Positions 26,001-38,000 of a stretch of 64,000 bases of DNA are shown piece by piece. Under the pieces are notes generated by a model. The model saw nothing but the letters and a program-made list of their open reading frames with translations, did not search any database and had not been told where the DNA came from. The stretch comes from Phoronis australis (taxonomy: Eukaryota > Animalia > Phoronida): positions 298,244-362,243 of the forward strand of contig NMRA01000460.1 in NCBI GenBank assembly GCA_002633005.1, in the 5' to 3' direction. The translations under genes were made by a program, and so were the position numbers. Each line of letters starts with the position of its first letter. The first letter of the stretch is position 1.

Positions 26001-29000
26001 TGTCGTCTGAAGAAGATCTTGAATACCCCATACACGCAATTTGCGATCCAAATCAATTTGAAGCATTGATAACATTAATAACATTCTCGGGTAAAATGGG
26101 ATGTTGCTTTACACAGGAGTGCCAAACACCTTCGAATCAATTGTTCTATCCCACGAGAAATTGATGTTCTTTACGCAGAAGGCCGTGGTCAGTTAGTCGA
26201 AAAGTTTACTTGGATTTTCGTGCATCTAGAATAAGGACATCATTGCCAGGAACCCGTTCCAAGAAAATGACTTCAGTTCATTTTTACTTAAGTCTAAGAT
26301 TTGTCTTAAATCCCAAGCTTTGAAACTTCCACATCCGGTAAGATAGTCAAAACTAAGACAAAATTAAGTCAAAAGTTAAGTGAAACTTAAAATATCTTCC
26401 TTGAACCGGACTTGAGAGAATTTTAAGTATTATCTTAAAATTGATTTTAATTTAGGATTTGTCTTATCAAAGGAAATTTTCTTTGAACGGTCCCCAGGTC
26501 TGCATGTGTATGAAATAATATTTAATCTGACACATACAGATGAACTGCCATCTTCATTAACAAATGCTATATGGTGTGGCTTTTTGCCCTTCAGGTTTTG
26601 TGGGGACCAAATGCGTCGAAAATTTGAGACGCGTTACAACAATTTAATGTTGATTTTCCGATCGAACAGTAACAATAGACGCAGAGGTTTTAAAGTCAAG
26701 GTTAAAGTGGAGCCTGATACGGGTAAGTGCAGCAGTATGTTAAAGGAGAAAGCCACCCGATTTAATTAGTCTTTTTGCTGTCTTAATCGGTCTATATCCA
26801 TATCGCCTCGCATATGGTCGACCTTACCTTGCCAAGAGGTGTCGCTTTAACCTGTGAGGAAGGTGAGAACGACGCTAGCGACGTCAGTGGTTCATATGCA
26901 GAGTGAATGCCGCTGTGTTACGGTGCATCATTCCCGCTTGTCCGAACTAAGCAGCTGCGAGGAAAGCGGGCATATCGTTTTTTTTACTTCCTCGAGGGTC
27001 CGAAATGCTTAAGAAGTGGCTCCTGGTAGTGAAGAATGAAATGTACGCTGTAAATAGCAAGTATGAGGCCGTGAAACATCTCCGTGTCTGTGGCCTGCAG
27101 ACGTAGACAGTGCCTGACGAATACCGGGTTACCAAATAACTCCATACGTTCCGTTGTCTAAGCTTGTTCATGGTGCATGAATTATTCTCACCCTAACCAA
27201 TACTTATATAAAATTAAAACAAAGTCTGTCTCATTAGATGCAATTTGTAATGCCTTTGGAGTGTTCGTGAGTGAAAAAGATTTTAGAAGCCAGCAATGAG
27301 TAAATCACTGCGTTACCGGCTTTAGGTGCAATAAAACTAATTGACGGGACTTCTAGGCCACGTGAGCTTATGCTAATTTAGTGTTAGCTGGTAGAAACTG
27401 TTGTGAAACAACTCGATTTCCATCCCACGGCCACGTTTTAGGGGAATTTTTGTTTACATTTACATTACTAAAAAAATGATTTTCAATGTACATTTTCTGC
27501 CCTGACAGTGCTGTGGCCAAAGTGGAACCTGAATTCTCGGACCCCGACGAGTAAAAAGATTTGCAGTTTCGTGGCTAATTCACCAACATAATCAGGTGCA
27601 CATTACTTTGGCTCACTAGTCAAGCATTTTCTTGACTGAAAACTTAGTTTCCACTGAGCTTTGGCTGGTTTATGCTCGTGATGTCTGATCAGTTTCCGAG
27701 ACACTGGCCGGGATAACGAGTCAATCCAGCCGCGGCCACGACGGGCATGATCGGGCTCCGAGCCACTGGCCAAGCTAACAAGCGTTTTGTGTTTATAACT
27801 CAAAAAAATCACAAGTCTAAACAACAAAGATCTAGGTTCTCCTGTCTGTATCTCACGGATAATACTTCGAAATTGTCTCCGAACAGAACCCAAACTCCTG
27901 CTACGGACCTTATTGGCCTGCCGAACTTTGTAGGCTACGGTGTGTCCAAATACCAATAAATCCGTAAGAGCGAAATAAAACAACACGTTTTTATAAGAAC
28001 TCGGTGTATTTTTAAAGGCGAAGGCAACCTTTTTCCATGTCATTTTGACCTAAAATAAGTTTGGTTGGTTGTCCTAGACATATTTTCCACTTAATTACAA
28101 CTTTTCGTAATTTTATTAATTACTCGTCCGCTACTCCGGAAGTGACGTTTTAGGAGGCAAGCATTTCGCGCCAATTTCTTTTCATATATTCTGACTGTGA
28201 GAGCTGCCGAGTTATCATTGTTCTAACTCGGTTGTGTTTAAGTTCCGTCGTCGTTTGCTTTCATTTACTAGTCAGTCAACATGCCACACTGTTGCTGCGT
28301 ACCAGGATGTACTAATTATCGGCTCACGCGCGCTTTGGGAGTACCTTTGCATCGCTTTCCGTACTTGGCTCGTTCGTGTGAAGAAGGCAGCGTTACCCGT
28401 CCATGCAACGTACAAAGCAGTGGAGAATTACCGTGTGTGTGGCAAGCACTTTCTGTCGTCCGATTACGACAGGGATTTGTACGCTGAACTGATGAAGGTC
28501 CCTGCGAAACAACGTCTGAAGAAGGCTGCCATTCCGTCTGTGTTGATTCCCGGTAGTGCCCTGTCGCCACACCCGAGAAGTGCGTTTTTGAAGCGAGAAG
28601 CCTCGCGAGCTGTGGCCAGTACAGTGACTGGAGCCAGTGGAGGCACTTCATCTACTGTCACCCGTGCCTCCGAACGTACCCCAGAGCATGCAATTCCTGG
28701 AACTAGTATTGATTCGCCCTCTGTTGTTTTCTCCAGCCCAGAGCCTCTAAGCAGCCCTATTGAGTAGTGGGAGTGATTGCAGGCTCAGTTCGACACCAAG
28801 TGAAGAGGACAGTTCGTCGTCCAGTGAACAGATCGGTGAGCCAAAGTTTGATAAGTTTATTGTGGACTTGTCTAAAGTGTTGGAGCTATTTAGAAGGTGC
28901 CAGGTGTGTGGCGAGGGAGTCACACGACACGGTGTAAGCAGTTTGGGTGCTCAGGTTACCATCTTGTTGGAGTTTGTCGCGGGACACTCTGGCAAGTGGG

Positions 29001-32000
29001 ACAGTTGTTCCTCTGTCCGTGGTATGCCGGAGGTCCACTTAACCAGGTCCAGTAGTGGTTTGGCCTCGTCGAACTCTGAACAGCACAAGCATTCCATTGA
29101 GTTAGGCATAACAACGCACACAGTGCATTTGCACCAAGATGTGTCACCACGTCTGTCCTCAGTAGCCGCCTCGTTTCTCTCAACAGCTGCCTGTGCCTGT
29201 GCGTACTCTACCTCGTTGTACTCGGGCTCAAACATGTACCCACCCACTGAATGTCCGTGAAAAAATTCCTCCTCACCACTGCTCTGAACAAGGTCTCCGT
29301 CAATCACACTACTGTCACTGTGATACGGGTCACCGACTCCAGCCATTTTCAGCTAACAACACACTAAACAATCCCTAAATCCAACGTAGTTGAGTTCTCT
29401 ACTAACCTATCTTGCCACAGAATACTCGCCGATGGAAAGTGGCGACAATTGTTGAAAAACAGCACAAAACAAAAGTAGAATAGAACAGATTCGCACGGTA
29501 AAGTCAACGCAAAACCAAGTGGCGGGAAACGCTTGCCTCCTAAAACGTCACTTCCGGAGTAGCGGACNATTAAGTGGAAAATATGTCTAGGATAACCAAC
29601 CAACCTTATTTTAGCTCAAAATGACATGGAAAACGTTTGCCTTTGCCTTTAAGGGTTTTACATCGAAGTTTCATGATTTCTTGGTGTTAAACGATGATTT
29701 CAAGCGATAAGCTGACACCAGTAACCCGTGTTGTGAACTGCGGAACAGACTGCGTGTGAAACCGATGACGTCATTCGATAATTTCAACACCTCCGTCTGC
29801 CGTCAGGTAACGCAACCGTACGTGTCGTTATGGAGTAGAACTACTCGATCTAAATTGATACGAATTAGGTTGTTTTTTGGGTGGCATGCTCCTTTAATAA
29901 ATGTATTAAAATACAGAAAAAGGTACCAAGACACATGTTTGGTCTATACAGTGCACACAGTTCTTGCTAAAATAGCCGCCGACCACCATAATGAACAAAC
30001 ATGTGAACCTAAAACATATAATTCAGCGTTAAATAGTCGAATTTTAAAAGAATGTAGATAAAAGGCCTGATGGGAAGGAAAATCAAACGGGATTAAAACC
30101 AGAGTTCATAAAAAGAGTCCTCTTTTTCGTCGTACGAGTACTTAGCAAAAACATTAATTTACAAAATGCTCTGATCGCGTTCGATCTGTGCACTGTACAG
30201 AAAAACCGTTTATAACTACAATTTGCATCCTTGGAATCTAGGCTTTTCACGGAAAGAAGAATGGTCTACTGTCTGATGTTGGCTGGAGGCGATAAGACGA
30301 CGTCTGGTTAGCTTCAGTATTGAGTCAGAATAGACGTCCGATCGCCCATGGGATAGCTTGTGAATGCGGTATTACTTCATGAAACTTTGTTGGTTCACGG
30401 TTACTCTCATCCTGATGGCTGCGGCATCGCCGGTATTGCCCCCACCTATTGCGGAGCTGGTACAAATATGGGCCGGGAGCGTCCAGGGAACCGGGAGGGA
30501 GGGTTGGCGACAGGAAGTCGTAGTAGGTTGTGCCGCCAATAATTTTTGCCTTCCCATGAGCCTGTATTAACACCAGTTATACCCGAGAAATAATTAATAA
30601 TTTCTACTTTTCAGTGAATAGTGCTATCTTACGACAATCACGCAACTAATATTCGGGAGATGGCGCCTCTTTGACTTTATCCCGACTGTTTCGGTTTGAT
30701 CCGTTTTACCCCCGTTTGCTGTTAGCTTACCAAAAGTTGAACAGGTCTCAAAATGAAAATTTTTAACTGCTACCGCGGTTTTCTATAGATAAGCCCACCC
30801 GATGAAACGCCCATGTGCGTTAATTCGGAAATAATGTCGAATATACGCCCATGGGCGTTTGTTTGGTGTTGCAACTTCTCGTGTCAAGTGTCCAGATAGG
30901 GGTGTGTTTATTCGGAAAATGTCCTTTTAAAAGCCCACTTAGCGTCAACTTTTAGTCACAAAGTCAGTTTTGTGGTGCATTTTTCTATTATAAAAACGAA
31001 TGAAGTGTTGCCGAACTTTGCATTTATTACTATAACATTTTTAAAAACAGTAACTAAAAAAAATTATCAGCCAGGAAACCTTTTTAATCTACTTGTATTC
31101 AGTCCATGTCAATGTTTCATCCAGCTCCTCCTCCGAATTTCTTTCCACCTCTGAGTCGCTGAAGGGATCCCGCGACTTGCCGTCCATCTCTTGGATACCC
31201 TTTGTATCCTATGCGTTCGCGAATCCGGGGTTGAATAATACATTTGCCCATCAACATTCGAATGCTCTGATAATGATGACTTGCGGGATTTTCCGCATGG
31301 CTGAAGATACAAATTCCAGAAGTTTATTGTAGGATGGAGGGCTACGATATCCTCTCGGGGGTGTATTCTTTCTCGCCGTTTTGAACTCAATACTGATACA
31401 CGGGTGAGAAACAAATTGACCGCCGGACCCGAATAGACCAACTCACCACTAAACAGGATCTACGGGATCTAATGGGATCGCCGCACCAAAAACTGGTACA
31501 AACGCACCTAAAAACATTTTTACCTATCCACCACAAAACAGGACCGCCGCAGACTGAACGAAATCAAAAGCTTTGTGTGCTTCTGTGGGTTATGACGTAA
31601 CCGGCCAGTTAGAAGCATGAAGACTGTCGTCAAAATTACTGTAAGCTTGGTAGCAATGTGTGTTGAACTCTGTTAGACCGCGAAATTTCACACGCTCGAA
31701 CTTATTTTTTCACAATACGTGGTTTAAATATTCAAGCCGAAGTTTCCTTGGGTGCTATCAACTTTGCCACAAGGAGGTCTTATAGAAGTGTCACGCACGT
31801 TAATTTTTGTCCCGCTGGGCAGATATTGCAAAATTTGATAAGTTGCTACACAATTTACTTTGTTAACAGGTATCAACAGTCTTTTTAAGGACTACCAATC
31901 CACCAAGAAGAGCTGTTTCATTTACAAAAATACATATCGCGCATCATTCTGGTATTTACGTAGCCAAAATCATAACTTTAAGTTTACAAGCCCCCTTTTC

Positions 32001-35000
32001 CGAATAAACGCCCGGCGCTTATTGGTGTTACGAAGATGCCTGAAAACTTTCACTTTCCAAATACACGACCGGGGGCTTATCTACGGAAAACCCCGGTAGT
32101 AAGTATGCTTTGATAGATAATAAATCTCCTTTAGTTGCTTTGTCAAAACTATGTATCCATGGTATGTGGTGACAAAATTTGATGTTCGCGTGATTTCTAT
32201 TATCATTATCTAGGTGGACTTCATGTACGTCATCGAGTCAGACGCACTAAACATCTTGCAACTTGAAGGATATTTGTCTCATCTGGTGGATGGATTTGTC
32301 AGGCTTTCACTCCTAGCGAACAGTTGCTGCCGATTACAAAATAGAGACAGCAGTAAATTTTCCAGTTTTTCAGTCTTTTAAAGTGTCACTTTACCTGGGA
32401 ACATAGTTGAGCAGCCAAATACGCCACTTCATCTTTGTGGGCTCAAATGTATATCGGGTGTTGGATTGTTAGCAGAAAAAGTCTCAAAATATCTCAACAT
32501 TCCAAAACGGCTGACCATAACAACAATAAACGACTTCCTGCTAAGTTCTTTAAAAACTTTTAAAACTCAAAACCAAACACCAAGCTTTTTAGTCAGAATT
32601 ATACAGGTACGTCTCATTGTTTCTGCTTTCCCGCATTCTTCAGATTGCCGATCCAATCCTTGTCAAAATGGAGGCGAATGCAAAACCAATGAAATTGGCA
32701 TGGCGTACTGTAAATGTGGCGAGAGTTTGTCGGGTCGTTGGTGCGAAAGAGGTATGTACATGTAGTTAAAGGAAGAGGTATGTAGATTTTCAACTGTGGT
32801 CACAGTAAAAGTAGCTCTTTTTTCTATTTTCTTGTTATGTGTCAGAATTGCCTTTTGGACATCATTTACGATTATTTAATTTGCTTCTAAGACTTGTAAA
32901 AGGTACCTCTCATTCAGACAAGTTAGTTTTATGAAACTTGTTGTTTCTTACTCAAGTGAAGCGTGCTTGGGTGAGCTATTTCATGCGCCGTGGATGGTGT
33001 TGAACAATAATGAACCGTCATTTCCTCCCGAGACCAAGCACTTTTGACATGAGTAAGAATCAAGCTGAAACCAATTCAAAGTTGCCTAACTGAAAAGTTG
33101 CTTTCACATGACTGGAAGGGTACACAGGAATTTGAAACGATAAAAATCCGAGCTTATCAAATACTCTTAAGTAATGCCGAAGCGTTAAGTTTTCACACTT
33201 CCCTTTTCAGTAAATGGCAAATGGGCCGAGTGGGGGACTTGGACATCGTGTCAAGGTGGATGTGGCGTTCAAACCAGGTTTCGACAGTGTACCAATCCGA
33301 CTCCAGCTAATGGCGGACGGCAGTGCTACGGAATGGATACCAGTTTCAAGCCTTGTGGAGCGTGGCCCTGTTCAGGCGAGTTCTGAATTAATTAAAAGCA
33401 GAAAATGTATGCAACAGTACCCAATCTACCGTTAAGTATCTCCATCTAGCGTGCAATCATAGAACCACTATTCTTACAGGCATATAGCTTAATCAGGAGC
33501 TGGTCATCTCAAGTTCTTAATTTTTTTCTTAGACAGTAACGAATTGCATGTTCTTTTAAATCCCATAAATTACAATTAACATGAGTAAAGAGCAGGGCAA
33601 CCAATTTTAAAACAGTATATTAATTAAATAGTCTGATCATATAATCCCGCGTATAGCTGCTTTAAGACTTTGGCAACGAACCTAATTTTTATGGTAAAAT
33701 GGGGAGAATTTGCCTTAGTTTATATTTATCGTCTGCTACTGGCGAACAGTTGAGGCACATGTACGATTTTAGTTAGTGAAAAGAAACTACTTATCATGAA
33801 CATGTACCATAAATACGATTGTTCAGTGTAAAGACTGAATTGGATAAAGAAAACTAATTGCATGAACATTTACTTATATACGACTGTGGCGCAGTATTTA
33901 AGCCAATGGTCTGAAGAGGAAAAATTAAATACACAAAGATAGACATGCTTCATGGTCAACTGCAATCATTAGCTGAGCGTCGTGCTTCCTCAAGAATCCG
34001 GCCCTTTAAGCCCAGGATCTCCCCACACGGTTGGCAACGCACCAACTGGTCGATGTTGTTGCGTTGCAGTTGGTCATCAAGTCCAGCCTCCCGTTCAGTA
34101 ACGCTAGGACCTAGCTTAAAAGCAAGACTTTGCGAGATTACGCAAGATATTGCCGTGTATTTTAAATAAGAGCACGTGACCTTGACTAGCTTTTGGCTAG
34201 GTCCTAGCCTAGGTCCTAGCGTCTACTGAACGAACGCCTGGCTCCATTTAACTATCTGATATTTACTTCTGTTAATCCATGTGCTGTTCTCCACTGCCTT
34301 CTGTCAGCACATCCCGACAACCTCCCTGGAATGGTTAACTCCAGCGACCATCAGGAATCTCCATAAAGATGAAGACGGAAATCCTCGACATCCCACCTCA
34401 AAGGAATCAGTTGGATTTATGTTGCTAGTTCTGCATACCATACCAGCTTACTTTCACGGGCTTCACATAAACCCTCTTCCCATACAACTGCTAATTTACC
34501 AAGCATACATGTAAGTTGTTTCCTCACTTCATCGATCAACACTACATCGGAACCAAACTCGATGGAACTACTGCACACCCAATGCTTACCGTATAACATC
34601 CAGTAGCAAATTGTACCTAAAAGTATACCATCCGCCCATGAGCCCCTTACTGCCCGCCAGATAATATATGTTTCAGACTAGCAATTTATGGCAAAGACGG
34701 CAAGAAGATTCTAACCGCAAACCTCATCCCATCAAATTGGCGGGTGATGACAATACATATGGGGACTGGATGAGGAACTTCAGATGACTTGCACTCATAC
34801 TCCACCAATCGTTCCAACTGATGACCTGCTGTTCCACATCATCCCAATTCAGCCACCGTTCGTAATGAGCCTGCTGCACAGCATGCTCTAACCGGCGCTC
34901 TTCCTCCATTTGCCGGACTTCTCGCTTTTTTCTGACTCCATCGCCTCAGACCAAAAATGTTCCCTCTGGGTCACTCCGATACCTCTTCTGCCATTTGTCA

Positions 35001-38000
35001 CCACACCAACAAGTTCAATTCACCTCTTCATTGTTTCACTCATTTTCCACTTCCTTTCAGTATTTAGCTTTGGTAGTTTGTCTCTTATGGCGTTGTCATT
35101 GGTAGACGCAACTTACTTTGCTTACTGTACAGTGCTACTGATGAGAGAATCCTGGATAAACCAAGCCACTATCTCAACATTTTGCTGATCTTACGCTCAT
35201 TTGTCTCAAGCCTAGTCCGAGCTATCTCATAGATGGTCATTGGCCATATAAGTCTCGGTAGAAATCCAAAGTGCAAACGCCACACCTTGATCTTTCCTGG
35301 CAAGCCAGATTTGTGAATACTTTTCAAACCACACTTTGCCTTTGTCTGTAATTCCACTCCCGATGAAGATCTGTAAGTGGAAAACTATACCACCTTCCTA
35401 AGCTCTTTATTCCCTGTATGAAATATTGCGTTTTTCAAAACATCATTTTGCAAATGCGCCCGAGCCGTAATCTCTGCTATAGGAGACGAGGAAGGATAAC
35501 TGTTGTGTATTCGCTTGTGTTAAAATGGGTGTTTCTGTTTGTCTGTTGTGGAATGTTTGAGCTTGTCCCTTAAAAGTGTATGTCGAAACTGAGTTTTCGT
35601 CTTGTTAGCTGTACAAATCGTGGGTAATACCAAAGACAGGCGAAGTTGATGAATCGAAATGCTTGTGTTTTCATGATCTGCATCAAAACGATATAGCCTT
35701 ATTCTTTCTAGGTTCCACAATCTGCACCTTTGATAAGTATGGCGGCCACCTTGGAACATCACGTTGTTCATTTAGACAAAGTCATGGTGACAACGGAAAC
35801 TTTTACGAAGGGTCCAATCTGGACTTCATTCAGTATTACTCGGATCGCTCTCCCAGCGTGGAACACACACACGGCTTCGATTTTGTGAGGAAAAAAATTG
35901 ACCCACGCGTACGACGGTTTCTGTGGTCAGGCCCTAATAAAACTCCAGGGTCTAATAATGTGCGTCTACAACCATACGACAAAATCAGCTTAGAAGGATT
36001 GATACTCTCTCAGCACGGCTCGTATTGTGTCCGGTTTTATTATATTATAACAGGTTTGTCGTTTTCTTCTCGGTTTTTACTTCCATCAAATAATATCAGA
36101 AGGTTTTGGTTCGAGTTTCGCAAGCTTAAACGCTTTTCTCCGTAAGATATCGCGATGCTTTGCAACCTGAGCTCTTGACTAACTAGTTTTTTCTAACGTG
36201 TATCTTGCCCCACGGAACGTGTCGTGGGGTAAGTTGGGGAAACTTGATTTCAGCCTCGAATTCGAGTGTTGCAAGAGTTATTGAAAGCTATTCTCCGCAT
36301 TTGATCTGAAGTCACGGTGGTTAAATGGTAATTTTACTCTTTTTCTCCCTCCGTGTTATTCTAAAAACTCTTTGCATTATTGCAAATTGTCGAAATACAC
36401 GGACACAAACATAATGAATTATTAACCAGGTGAGAGGCATTGCTGCCAAGAGAACACCGCACAAGTTTAGAACATGGAACGACTCTCGAGTCTGAGAAAT
36501 CGTGAAACATGAGCCTCACATGAGTTGCATCCCTGGTAGTGTTTACTTTACTTTTTTCGTTTGAGCAACACAACAAACACTGAAACTTAATTAAGTCGTA
36601 TTAACTTTAAAGAGACCTTGAACGAGATATACAGACTAAATTTCAACAGAGTCAACCTGCTCACCAGGTACTGTATTTTTAGGTTTTGGTCCTTAAGATT
36701 CTGTTGATATCAAAGCAGTTTCTTTAAAATTCAAATTTCAAAAAATACGATCTGTCAAATGCTAGCCACTTTGTCGATTATTCTCCCACAAGGCAAAGCA
36801 CGTCTCCTTATTTGGTGTGGCAAGACATAGACGTAACACATTTCCCTTATATGGAAAATGTCACCTTTGACCTCAAGCAACTTCAACAAACTGACTCTGA
36901 GCGCATGCTCTTATTTCTCATAATTAAGAGCGAGATTAGAAACACTGTGGTAACCACAGAGTTTTTCCTTCGCATGTATTCTAAAAAATCCCGAATTCTG
37001 TGATTTTTCTGAACAATTTCTCTCAGGGAAAGTGAGTCACTGTGTATTAGACGTTGCGAGATGGTACTTTCGTCAGAAATTGTTTAAAATATATTTTGAC
37101 AACCTTTCGCGTTCCATGCCTCTTTTAAATCCGAGGTCCTATTAAAAAAGCACCAAGAAGTGATAGAAGGCGAATTTTTTAGGAAACTGTGCACTTTGGG
37201 TTACCGGCACGAAACTTGACATGCTAAGTGGCAACGATTCGACGACGATTTTCATAATGGTTCACACGATTAGTATCATCAGTAACGTTAGGGCTCAGAT
37301 CACAAATCGTGTGGATGATCTCGTCGAAAATACAAACTAGTTCCATAAAAGCCTTGCTACCAATCTGTGTCAAGACATTGGCCAAAATGTTTTTAAAAAG
37401 CACAGTCGATGGAGGTTCTGACTGATGAAGTAACTCTTCGAAGTTTAGCATTTTTGCCTTGGATTTTCCACAATGAGATACTACATGTATTTACCCCTTA
37501 TTGCGAATTCGTCATTTTTCTCTTCAAAATAACAAATTCCTGACTGCCCCCGCCACTTGGCCTCTGAATGGAGATAACATTTCAATAGCTCTTGCCCTCT
37601 ATGATCCCTGAAATAAGTTAGGCTTAAATAGGACATTTCCCAACAGATTGTTTCGAATTTCCATTTGTCAGAAAGGTATATGTATTTGCAACAAAAATGT
37701 CGATATGCAAAAGCATTTAAACTCGGACTTCGCCCTCGTTCAAATACTTTTGCATATCACGAGTCTCGAAATAATAACAACTGGTACGTACGTTGTATAA
37801 CAGTACATGTTTGTATAGATTCCGTCGCATTTATTTGACCCAGATACAAAACCTTCTTGCGCTTTCTGGGCTTATTTATCGTACTGAAGGTTTCACAATA
37901 AACATTTAAAAAATGAACGTGCATGACAACAGCCAATCTTAGCAGTCTTCACACTTTTGGTAGTATACAGGTGGAATTCATTTATTAAATTGCTGATATA

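Larger units (their letters stand above)
28016..29648 (+). mobile_element. Internally deleted Kolobok transposon nested in the family A element
   Basis: TTAA TSD at 28012-28015 and 29649-29652; long TIRs of about 155 bp starting AGGC(G/A)AAGGCAA (the right TIR contains the N at 29568); convergent THAP-transposase and KolX-like ORFs. Confidence 0.88.
26744..29893 (+). mobile_element. Non-autonomous Kolobok-type element, family A copy 2, containing a nested element
   Basis: TTAA TSD at 26740-26743 and 29894-29897; TIRs AGGAGAAAGCCACCC / AGGAGCATGCCACCC. The empty site (single TTAA) is visible in copy A near 23687. Confidence 0.9.
24563..30437 (+). repeat. Near-identical second copy of 21503-24231 (CUB cassette), interrupted by a 3.15 kb insertion; probable unmerged allele
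   Basis: Starts right after the N at 24562; only scattered substitutions and small indels versus copy A. Confidence 0.85.

Noticed and set aside
28016-29648. piggyBac or P-element assignment; domesticated THAP gene; P2X7 receptor gene
   Set aside because: TTAA TSD with AG..CT (not CCC..GGG) ends, plus THAP and a convergent Cys-rich gene, fits Kolobok. The ORFs are broken and there is no P2X channel domain.
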